Origin: an uncultured Planctomycetota bacterium
GTDB taxonomy: Bacteria; Planctomycetota; Planctomycetia; Gemmatales; Gemmataceae
Direction: 5' to 3'
Length of the DNA stretch: 64,000 bases
NCBI GenBank assembly: GCA_963849325.1
Contig: CAWKHF010000005.1
Coordinates: forward strand, 320,001 to 384,000
Made by a program: the position numbers and the translations under genes. Every line of letters starts with the position of its first letter. The first letter of the stretch is position 1. Under the pieces are notes generated by a model. The model did not search any database. It saw nothing but the letters and a program-made list of their open reading frames with translations, and was not told the DNA's origin. Positions 14,008-23,479 of the stretch are shown one piece after another.

Positions 14008-16173
14008 CTAAACGAGGGCCGCGAACAAGGCGCCCAGGTGGGGTTCGTAATTCCGCCAGCGTCCGGCCGAGCGCGTGTACAGCGGTTGACGTACCTGCAT
14101 GACGCTGGCGGTGCGCACCGGCTGCTTGCCCTCGTGGAAAGCCAGGCAGGCCGGCTCCCACTCCAGGCCGCACCACGCCACCAACCGCCGCGCCACGCTC
14201 TCCAGGTCGGCCACCGTCTCCTCGTAATCGATCTCCAGCAGCGAAACCGGCAACACCGTCCGCCAATGCGCCATCAAGCGCTGATATTCTCGGAAGCGCG
14301 CGGCGATGTGCTTGGGATCGTTGGCCCAGCGAATGCTGCGGAAGTTGGTCATCCAGCACGACACGGCCACGTCGCGCAGGTCGCGGCGGCAGTGGATGAA
14401 CTTCGCTCGGGGAAACAGCAAGGACAGCAGGCCAAGGTACAGATAGTTGTCTGGCATCTTGTCCACGACGCGCGCGGCGGTGGGATTCAGGCTGCGCAGT
14501 TGGCCCAAATGCTTCTGCGCCAGGCGGCGGGCCGCGTCGCGCTGGAGTCCCGGCAGCGCCTCGAAGGCGCTTGCTTCCGTTGCGTCCGCTCCCAGGGCCA
14601 GGAAATCCTCGCGGGCCTGGCGCAGCTCGCCGGCGCCGAAGACCTGCGAATGACCGGCGAGAATTTGCTCGGTCAACGTCGTGCCCGAGCGCGGCAAACC
14701 GACGATGAACACCGGCCGCTCCGTCTCCAGGCCGAAGCCGCGCACGCGCTCGAAGAACGCTGGCGTGAAGACGGTCATCATGTTGTCGATAAAACGAGTA
14801 AATTCATCGGGATCGTAGCTCTGTTTATTCTCGACGCGCAGCGCCAGCTCCAGGGCGTTGGCCTGTTGCAGATGGGCGGCGGCCTGTTCGTAGTTGCCGT
14901 CGGCGTCGCACACCTGGGCCAGGCCGAAGAGCAGACCGGCGCGGCCGGCGTCGTTCAGCTCCGGCTCGGCCAGGCGCTGCTCGATGACCGTGCGGTCGGC
15001 GGCCGGCAGCTTGCCGCGCAGCAGCGTCGCCAACTGCGACAGGGCGGCGGCGTGGCGCGGATAGTCGCGCAGCACCTCTCGATACGCCTGCTCCGAAGCC
15101 GCGAAGTCGCCCAGTTCCTGAAGCACCAGGCCGAGGTTGCAGCGCGCGGCCGGGAAGTCCGGCTGCAAACGCAGTGCGGTCTGATAGCGCTCCAGCGCCT
15201 CGGTGAAATAGCCTTGTTCGTGCCGGACCCAGCCGAGGCGATTGTGCGCCGCCGCGTAATCGGCATCGAGCCGCAAGGCCAGCTCGTAGCGAACGAGGGC
15301 TTCTTCGTAGTTCTCTTGCTCCTCGAAGACGCTGGCCAGGTAGCAGTGCAGGCGCGGCGAGTTCGGCTCCAGTTGCAGCGCCTGTTCGTACCACGAGACG
15401 GCCTCCGACAGTTTGCCTTCCTCTTGCAAGGCCTGGCCCATGTTGCCGTAGGCCAGGGCCAGGTCGGGATTGAGGTGCATGGCCTCGGCGTAGCAGGCGC
15501 GGGCCTCGGCCAACTGACCGCGCTCGCGCAGCACGTTGCCGAGGTTGTTGTGCGCCTCGGCGGTGTTCGGCCGCAGGCGAACGGCTTCACGGCAATGGTG
15601 CAGGGCGTCGTCCAGCTCTTGTTGTTCCAGCAGGATTTGTCCGAGATTGCTGTGAGCGGCCGCGAAGTTGGGATCGCACTGCACGGCCTGGCGAAAGTGC
15701 GCGATGGCCTGTTGGCGATCGCCGAGAAGACGGTAGGTGTCGCCCAGGTTGTTATGGGCCTCGGCGAAGTTGGGCTTGAGGCGCAGGGCGGCCTGAAACT
15801 GAGCGATGGCGGCCTCGCCCTTGTCCTGGTCGCGCAGGGCCAGGCCGAGATTGATGTGGGCTTCGGCGAGGCTGGGTTGCAACCGTAGGGCGGTGCGGCC
15901 GCAGCCGACGGCTCGGTCCAACTCGCCCAGGGCGCGGTACGCCTCGGCCAGGTTACTGTGAAAGGCGGCGGCGCCGGGCTTGTGGGCGATGGCCTGGCCG
16001 ATCAACTCCACGGCCGCCGCATGGTCGCCCTGCTGATGACGCAGCACGCCCAGCAAGTGCAGGGCATCGGCGTTCCGCGGTTCCTGGGCCAACAGTTTCT
16101 GATAGAGCTGAGCGGCCTCTCTCAGCTGTCCCGATTGATGCTTTTCGATGGCGGCCGTCAACGTGTCTTGCAT
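14008..16173 (-). CDS. TPR-repeat sulfotransferase (Sulfotransfer_3-like), 721 aa
   Basis: Start MQDTL with AAGGA SD; about a dozen TPRs (AEAHNNLG...); PAPS motif PVFIVGLPRSGTTLTEQIL, DKMPDNY, FPRAKFIHCRRD, VRTAS.MQVRQPLY. Confidence 0.92.
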   Translation of the reverse strand: MQDTLTAAIEKHQSGQLREAAQLYQKLLAQEPRNADALHLLGVLRHQQGDHAAAVELIGQAIAHKPGAAAFHSNLAEAYRALGELDRAVGCGRTALRLQPSLAEAHINLGLALRDQDKGEAAIAQFQAALRLKPNFAEAHNNLGDTYRLLGDRQQAIAHFRQAVQCDPNFAAAHSNLGQILLEQQELDDALHHCREAVRLRPNTAEAHNNLGNVLRERGQLAEARACYAEAMHLNPDLALAYGNMGQALQEEGKLSEAVSWYEQALQLEPNSPRLHCYLASVFEEQENYEEALVRYELALRLDADYAAAHNRLGWVRHEQGYFTEALERYQTALRLQPDFPAARCNLGLVLQELGDFAASEQAYREVLRDYPRHAAALSQLATLLRGKLPAADRTVIEQRLAEPELNDAGRAGLLFGLAQVCDADGNYEQAAAHLQQANALELALRVENKQSYDPDEFTRFIDNMMTVFTPAFFERVRGFGLETERPVFIVGLPRSGTTLTEQILAGHSQVFGAGELRQAREDFLALGADATEASAFEALPGLQRDAARRLAQKHLGQLRSLNPTAARVVDKMPDNYLYLGLLSLLFPRAKFIHCRRDLRDVAVSCWMTNFRSIRWANDPKHIAARFREYQRLMAHWRTVLPVSLLEIDYEETVADLESVARRLVAWCGLEWEPACLAFHEGKQPVRTASVMQVRQPLYTRSAGRWRNYEPHLGALFAALV

Positions 16174-16222
16174 GGGCGAAAAATCCTTTCCGTTGCGTCG
16201 TCGAGCCAAGAGGGAAGACCGT

Positions 16223-19132
16223 CTAGGAGCCTGGATGTCTGGCGTGCGGCGGCGTCGGTGTCGGGTTCGGTGTAGGCGTCGGGTTCGGTGTGGGCGTCGG
16301 GTTTGGTGTGGGCGTCGGGTTTGGCGAGCCGGGATGTCGGTTGTGCGGCGGCGTCGGCGTGGGATTTGGAGTCGGCGTCGGCGTTGGTGTCGGCGTTGGT
16401 GTCGGCGTCGGCGTCGGCGTTGGTGTCGGCGTCGGCGTCGGCGTGACGTTGACAGTGAAGGCGCCAGGGTGCCGGTGGCGGTCGCGTTGCCGGCCAGGTC
16501 GGTCGGCGGATTGGAGACGAGGTTGATCGTGTAGGTGCCGGTCGGCGCATTGTCCCAGGAGCCGCCGGGCGGCGTGATCTGATAGGTGACGGTGATGGTT
16601 TGGGCGTCGCCCTGTCCGTCCTGCGCTCCCGACAGCACGGTGTTGATCGCCGTGGCGGTGATGGGTGAACCGCTGGGCGGCTGCACCTGGACGACAGCGC
16701 CGCTGATGCTGCCGCCGTTGACCATCACGGGATCGGAATAAGCGACCGTGAAGGTATATGGATTTAAGGTATCCTCGTTGGCGTTGGTGACGTTGGCGGC
16801 GTTGAGGTTGGCCGTGGGCGGCGTGGTGTCCGAGCCAACGGCCCCGAAGACCGTGTCGCCGGCGCTGGTGCCGTCCGACGCCGGGCCGGCCCTCAAGCCC
16901 GAACTGCCCAAAGCGCCGTCGTTGCCCTCCGCGCCGTCTTTGCCGTCGGCACCTTCGGGATCGCCGGGGCCGCCCTGGCCTGCTAATCCTCCGTTGCCGG
17001 CGTCGCCGCCCGCGCCGCCCGCGCCAGCGCGCCGACACTGCCTGCCTTGCCCCCTTGTGCGGTGCCGCTCAAGGTAGTGCCGTTCAGAGAGGCGGAAAAT
17101 CCGTTGGCGACGTAGATGTCTCCACCTTGACCGTCGCCGCCGTTGCCAGCGTGGCCGGCGTTGCCGCCGTTACCGCCCGGCCCCCCGGAGCCGCCGTCGC
17201 CCCCGTTGCCGCCATGCCCGCCAGCGGCGATGTGGGCGCCGTTGGGTCCGTAGACACCGCCGCCGCCGCCGTAGCCGCCGAGGTTGCCACCGCCACCCTT
17301 GCCACCCTCGCCGCCTGGACCGGCCGCGCCGCCGTTGCCGCCGTTGGAGCCGAGCGCGGAATCCTTGGCGAAATCACCGCGGACGATAGTGAGGCTGCCA
17401 CCGGCCTGGTAAATGCCGCCGCCCAGGCCATCGCCGCCTTTGCCGCCATCGCCGGGGTCGCCGCCGTCGCCGCCCTTACCGCCTTGTGCTCCGTTGCCGG
17501 CGTCGCCGCCCGCGCCGGCGTCGCCACCCTTGCCGGCCGAGTTGACGTAGCCGTCACCACCGTTGCCGCCGATTCCGCCGTAGCCGCCAGCGCCACCTTG
17601 GCCGCCCGCGCCACCTTGGCCGCCCGCGCCACCTTGGCCGCCAGCGCCGCCCGTGATTCCCTGACCGCCCATTGCGGTGTTGGAAGTGAACGTCGTGGCG
17701 ATAAGGGTAGCCGTGCCGTCCTCCAGGTAAAATCCGCCGCCCTTGGCGTCGCCGCCGTCGCCACCGTCGCCACCCTTGCCGCCATCGCCGCCGTCGCCGC
17801 CGTCGCCGCCCTCACCCCCGTTGCCGGCGTCGCCGCCCACACCCGCGGCGATGCCGGGGATGCCGATGGCGCCGCCGCCGGGGCCGCCGTTGCCGGCGTT
17901 GAAAGCACCGCCTCCATCGCCGCCGTCGCCGCCATCATCGCCACTAATGCCCGCCCCACCGTCACCAGCCGTCGCCGCGTTGCTCGTGACGGCGGTGGAC
18001 ACAACCGTCAACTTTCCGGAGGCCAAGTACAGTCCTCCGCCCTCCGCGTCTCCGCCGTTGCCGCCCTTGCCGCCATCGCCGCCGCCCACGGCATCGCCGC
18101 CTTTGCCGCCCGCGCCGCCCATTCCTCCTTTGCCACCCGCGCCGCCTTTGTAGCCTGCGGGGCTGGACGCAATTCCTAAGGTTCCGCCACCCGCGCCGCC
18201 GGCGCCGCCCGAGCCGCCCGCGCCCCCCGCGAATCCGCGGTCCTGGGACACCAACACACCGGAGGCGCTCGAGAGGTGGTGGCCGGGTCCGCCGCCGTCG
18301 CCACCCGCGCCCCCCGGGCCGCGTTGTTCAGGACGGTCGTGTTGATAAGGGTCAATTGCCCGGACGCTACATAGATGCCGCCGCCTTTGGCGTCGCCGCC
18401 ATCGCCGCCATCGCCGCCAGCACCGTTCTTCAGCGAAGCCGCCTGGGGACCGTCCTGGCCGTCCCCGCCATCGCCGCCATCCCCTCCCTCTCCTCCGGGA
18501 GCCGTGGCATCTTTGCCTACGGCTCCCTTCTGTCCCGTCAGGTGCGCGCTCGGGGTGGGAGCATAATGGGTAAGTTGATTGCCCCCCGCCCCTCCTGCCC
18601 CCCCTTTACCGCCGCTAACGCTGTTGCCACGGACGGTGACGTTGGTCAGGGTCAGACTTCCCGAAGCCAGGTAAATGCCGCCGCCCTCGGCCTCGCCGCC
18701 CTTACCGCCGGCGCCGCCGTTTTGACCGCTCACCCCCGCCGCGCCGGCCGACCCCGTGGCTCCCACCACGTTGCCGCCCGTGATGGTTAGGTTCTGAATC
18801 CGTACCGTCAGATTGCTGTTGCCGATGATCTCGAAGATGCGATTGGTCGCCTTCGATCCGCCGGTGAGGATGGTGGTGTTCTCGGCCGCGCCGACGAGGC
18901 TGAGCGTGCGGGCCGTGTCGGGCTGGTCCTGAATCAACAGTTCCACGCCGGCGCTGAGCGTATAAGTGCCGGCCGCGAGGTTGATGGTATTGCTGGCGTC
19001 GCTGTTGCCGTCGGCCGCCTGGATGGCGGACTGCAAACCGCTCGCCGAGTTGACGTCGAAGATCGCGGGAGCGAGACGATCTTCCAGTTGTTCCAGACGC
19101 AGGAAGACGCGCGATTTCTCCCGAGATGACAT
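16223..19132 (-). CDS. Gly-rich secreted protein D with C-terminal Ig-like domain, PT linker and HARHPGS tail (frameshifted)
   Basis: [12 protein letters not shown] leader; GGGIY/GGx repeats; DTTPPTA...FTVAYSD...TYTINL..TDLAGN domain; ends PPHNRHPGS-(PNPTPT)[10 protein letters not shown]. Confidence 0.75.
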
Positions 19133-19175
19133 GCGGCCACCGCATTGTGGGTGAGAATGGGATATTTAGCGGATC

Positions 19176-19204
19176 ACTGTAAAACTCATAATTCGGTCTG
19201 TCAA
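19176..19204 (-). promoter_or_regulatory. Sigma70-like promoter for gene D and the sulfotransferase
   Basis: TTGACA-N17-TACAGT with an AT-rich tract upstream. Confidence 0.75.
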
Positions 19205-19250
19205 GTACCTAACGAATTATTAATTTTTTGTGGGAGGCACTACCCAAATA

Positions 19251-19316
19251 GGCGAGCGGGGGGCGTAAGCCCCCTATTGACGGCGACAAACAGAGGGCTT
19301 ACGCCCCCCGCTCGCC
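19251..19316. repeat. REP-like palindrome family 1
   Basis: GGCGAGCGGGGGGCGTAAGCCC...GGGCTTACGCCCCCCGCTCGCC. Confidence 0.8.
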
Positions 19317-19446
19317 AAAAAGTTACCGCTTCTGAAGAGCAGATTGGATGCCAAAACAAGAGCCTCACACAAATTCGCAAAGAACGCCAGGAATTGAAAA
19401 AAAAGACGGGATGAAAGGATCGTAGGATCGTGTCACCGTAAAACCA

Positions 19447-19493
19447 ATCTCCCGTTTGGCATCGGCTGGGCGAGCCGGCACCAAACGGGAGAT
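19447..19493 (-). terminator. Probable intrinsic terminator of gene E
   Basis: ATCTCCCGTTTGG...CCAAACGGGAGAT stem ~20 bp after the stop, followed by TGGTTTT on the minus strand. Confidence 0.55.
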
Positions 19494-19514
19494 GTGGGGG
19501 GACACCACTTATGG

Positions 19515-22500
19515 TTACAGGGCCGCTATAAACGACTGATAGGCGTGCAACTCGGTGGCGAAGAACTGGAAGTTGGCACTCAACATACTATTGGCGGCGA
19601 AAAGGGCGTCCGCCATCGCCTGATTGGCCTGGTTCTGTTCCAACTGCACCAGTTGCGTCAGTAGGCTGCCGACAGACTGGAGGAGATCCTGCTGTACGGC
19701 CACATTCAGAGACTGATAATCTTGCAGCGCGTCCATGACGGCGACGAGATTGCCAGTCAACAAGCCTTGCGTCAACGAGACGAGGGTCTGAAACTCCTGC
19801 TGAATCAGTTGCGGGAGGGTCGGTGTCGGGGTCGGAGTGGGCGTTGGTGTCGGCGTCGGCGTCGGCGTTGGCGTCGGCGTCGGGGTGGGCGTGGGGACAG
19901 GCGTGGGACTGATGATGATGTTGGCGGTGACCAGACTGTCGCTGGGTCCGCCGGGGGTCGGCAGGGTCAGAACGGCGTTGGTGCCGGCGGCGTTTTTGAT
20001 CGTGGCGCCGTTGAGGGCCAGCGGCACCAACGGAGTGTAGTCCAGCGCCTGGCCGAACGAGGTGTCGCCGGGCTTGACCGTGTAGGTGAAGATCAAGGTG
20101 TTGCTGCCGCTGCCGCTGCTGTAGTTGGCCATCTGGCCATTGGCCAAGGCCAGCGTCGGTGTGCCCGCGCCTGCGACAAAGACCTTCTCGCTGAAGGTCA
20201 CGTCGATGACGATCGTGTCCCCTGGCCCGTAGGTGCCCGAGGCGGTGGTCGTGCCCACGCCGGTCACGGCCGGCGTGGTGGCGTCGATGATGATGCCGGT
20301 GGTCTTGAGCGTATCGCTGGCCGCGCCGGGGGCCGGCAGCGACGCGAGGTTGGCCGCCATGCCGCCAGCGTTCGCGATCATGCCGCTCAGCCCGCCGGCG
20401 GTGTAGTCGAGGTTGGCGCCGTTGGTGGTGTCGCCAGCCTGCGTCGTGTAGGTGAAGACCAGCGTATTGGTGCCGGTGCCACTGAGGTAGCTGGCCGTCT
20501 TGCCGTCGCTGAGCGTCAAGGTCGGCACGCCGGTGACATTGACGTTCTCGCTGAAGGCCACGTCGATGGTGACCGTCGCCCAGTCCCGAGTGCCGGCGGC
20601 GGTGGTCGTGCTCACGCCCATCACCGTTGGCGTGGTGGCGTCGATGATGATACCCTTCGGTTCCAAACGTATCGCTGCCCGAACCGGGCATCGGCAGCGT
20701 CAGAGTAGCCGCCGTGCCGGCCGCGCTCTTGATCGTGCCGCCGCTCAGCGAATTGATCGCCGCATAGTCGATATTGGCGCCGGAGGTGGTGTCGCCGGAC
20801 GGCACCGCGTAGGTGAAGGTCAGCGTGTTGGTACCGCTGCCGCTGCTGTAGTTGGCCGTGCCGCCGTCGCTCAGCGCCAGCGTCGGCGTGCCGGTGACGG
20901 TGACGTTCTCGCTGAACGTGACCGTGATGGCGATCGGCGCCCCCGTTCCGAGGGTGCCGGCGGCGGTGGTCGTGCTCACGCCCGTCACCGTCGGCGTGGT
21001 GGCGTCGATGATGATGTTGTCGTCCTGGCTCAGCGAATTCGCCGCGCCGGCGCACGGCAGCGTCAGAGTGGCTGCCACGCCGCCCACATTCTTGATCGTG
21101 CCGTTCAGCGCCGTGGCCGACGCCTCATCGAGATTGGCGCCGTTGGTGGTGTCGCCATTGGCCACCGTGTAGTTGAACACCAGCGTGTTCGTGCCAGTGC
21201 CGCTGACGTAGGTGGCCGTTTTGCCGTTGCTCAGGGTCAGGGTCGGCGTCCCGGTGACATTGACCGCCTCGCTGAAGACCACATCGACGGCGATCGTGGA
21301 CCCGCCCGCATAGGCGCCGTCGACGGTAGTCGAGTTGACCTTGGTCACCGTCGGCGTGGTGGCGTCGATGATGATGCCGGTGGTCTTGAGCGTATCGCTG
21401 GCCGCGCCGGGGGTCGGCAGCGACGCGAGGTTGGCCGCCACGCCGCCGGCGTTCGCGATGGTGCCGCCACTGAGACTCAGCCCGCCCGCGCTGTAGTCGA
21501 GGGCGGCGCCGCTGGTGGTGTCGCCGCCGGCAACCGTGTAGGTGAAGGTCAGGGTCTGGCCGCCGCTGCCGCTGGTGTAGCTGGCCCTGCTGCCGTCGCT
21601 GAGCGTCAAGGTCGGCGTGCCGGTGACATTGACGTTCTCGCTGAAGGTGACGGTGATGGCAACCGGCTGAGTGGGACCGTAAGTGCCGGCGGCGGTGGTC
21701 GTGCTCACACCCGTCACCGTCGGCGTGGTGGCGTCGATGACGATGCCCGTGGTGCCAAACGTATCGCTGCCCGAACCGGGCGTCGGCAGGCTCGCCAAGG
21801 TCGAGGGCATTGTCCGCCGAGTCGAAGATCGAGCCGCCGTTGAGGCTCAGCCCGCCCGCGCGGTAATCGAGGTTGGCGCCGTTAGTGGTGTCGCCGCTGC
21901 CCACCGTGTAGGTGAAGACCAGCGTGCTCGTGCCGCTGCCACTGGAATAGTTGGCCTTTTGGCCGTCGCTCAACGTCAGATAGGGTGTGCCGCCGGTGGT
22001 ATCGACCGTGACCGGCTTGCTGAGGTTCAGGTCGATCGTAACCTGGCCGGTCCCGAGGGCGCCGGCGGAGTTGGTCGTGGAAACCGTCGTGATGGTCGGG
22101 CGACGCCGTCGATCGTGATGTTGTCCGTGTAGAGAATATCGTTGGCCGAGGCCGGTCCCGGTAAGGACGACGCCGGCAGGGTGAGGTTGGCCGCCAAACC
22201 GTCCGAGACATCGTTGATGGTGCCGCTGTTGAGGACGAGCGCGCCGGTGCCCGTGTAGTCGAGCGGGCTTTGCTCCTTTATTCCCCGAAATGGCAATGTG
22301 GTGAAGCCAGGCAGCTTCCCAATTTTGCTATCTTGCCAGTTTCAGGAATAAAGGAGCAAAGCCAGTCGAGCGGAGTGGCGGTGTCGCCGGCGGGCACGAC
22401 GAGGTTGAATTGCAGAGCACTGGTGCCGCTGCCGCCGACGTAGGCGGCCTTCTGAGTCAGGCTATCGTTGAGGGCCAGCTGAAGGTCGCATTGCCTCCCG

Positions 22501-23044
22501 CCGTCACCGTCTGGTTGCTCGGTTGCGTCGTGATGGCCGGTACGTTGCCGTCAACCGTGATGTTGTCGGCGGCGAGATAGTCAAAATTGGCCGTGGCGGG
22601 AGTCTGTAAGGTGAGGGTGGCCGCGGCCGCGTCGGAACGATCGTTGATGCTGCCCCCGGATAAGCTGAGCGCGGTGGTGTCGAGGTAATCGAGCGGACTG
22701 GCGCTATCCGGAGTGGGGACGATAAACGTGAATTGCAGCGAGCTGGTGCCGCTGCCTCCGCTGTACTGGGCCAGCGTGGTTGCGCTATGGTTCAGCGCCA
22801 GAGTCGGCGTGCCGGTGACGGTGACCGCCTGGCTGAAGTCCACGTTGATGGTGGCCGTCTGCCCAGCGTTGAGGGTGCTGTTGGGGGTCAGCGTCGTGGT
22901 CACGTCCGTCACGGTGGCGTTGAGCAGCGTGCGGTCCTCTAGGACTTCGACGTAGAGCATGCCGCGTCGGGGATCTCTCACGACGCGCGTCCGTCGAGCC
23001 TTCGAGACCTGTTTTAACCACGTCCATATCGGCGACCGAAACAT
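19515..23044 (-). pseudogene. Ig-like repeat surface protein E, disrupted by a MITE, an internal deletion and frameshifts
   Basis: VEVLEDRTLL leader; tandem repeats TPTVTGV...VTFSENV.VTGTPTL.LSDG..A.YSSGSGT.TL.FTYTV..GDT...LDY; PT linker then helical tail. Confidence 0.75.
22266..22363. mobile_element. 98-bp MITE with 19-bp TIRs and 9-bp target duplication (IS5/IS903-like ends)
   Basis: GGCTTTGCTCCTTTATTCC ... GGAATAAAGGAGCAAAGCC flanked by AGTCGAGCG at 22257-22265 and 22364-22372; removal restores ATPLDYTGT. Confidence 0.9.
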
Positions 23045-23242
23045 GCGGGAGCACTCCATAGTCAAAGGGAATGAATGTTGGCGGGGACGCACATCGTTGT
23101 GTTGTCGCCGGTACGAGGGCGGCGGGTGGGAGAGAAAGGTATCGCAGGGGCGAACCGACCTCGCCGACCCATGCCCTCCGCCGGCCGTGCAAGGCGGGAA
23201 GGTTGCGGGACAGTCCGAACCGGCCACGCGGTTAAGGTGCTG

Positions 23243-23271
23243 AATCTTGCGCCGAAGCCGGCACTTGTCAA
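23243..23271 (-). promoter_or_regulatory. Possible sigma70-like promoter for gene E
   Basis: TTGACA-N17-AAGATT on minus strand. Confidence 0.5.
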
Positions 23272-23398
23272 GCGGCCTCGGCGAACGAGAAGATAAATGG
23301 GCAAGTGACGGTGCCGAAAAGGACGGCGGTGCGGCCAGCAACGGCTTCACGAAGGGATTCCGGGATGTGCCCTACGGAGATTCGCGCAGCGAAAGATA

Positions 23399-23455
23399 CC
23401 GAGCCGCGACCGTTAGAGAGCGGGGGAGCACCACTCCCTAACGGTCGCGGCTCGG
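23399..23455. repeat. REP-like palindrome (CCGAGCCGCGACCGTTAG...)
   Basis: 18-bp perfect arms extending imperfectly, ~25 bp after the stop of gene F. Confidence 0.75.
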
Positions 23456-23479
23456 ACAGCGGCTTGCGCTACGCGGGAC

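Noticed and set aside
14008-16911. 967-aa ORF suggesting an Ig domain fused to the TPR-sulfotransferase
   Set aside because: The first 246 aa are the frameshifted end of gene D and intergenic DNA; the sulfotransferase has its own SD and ATG at 16173
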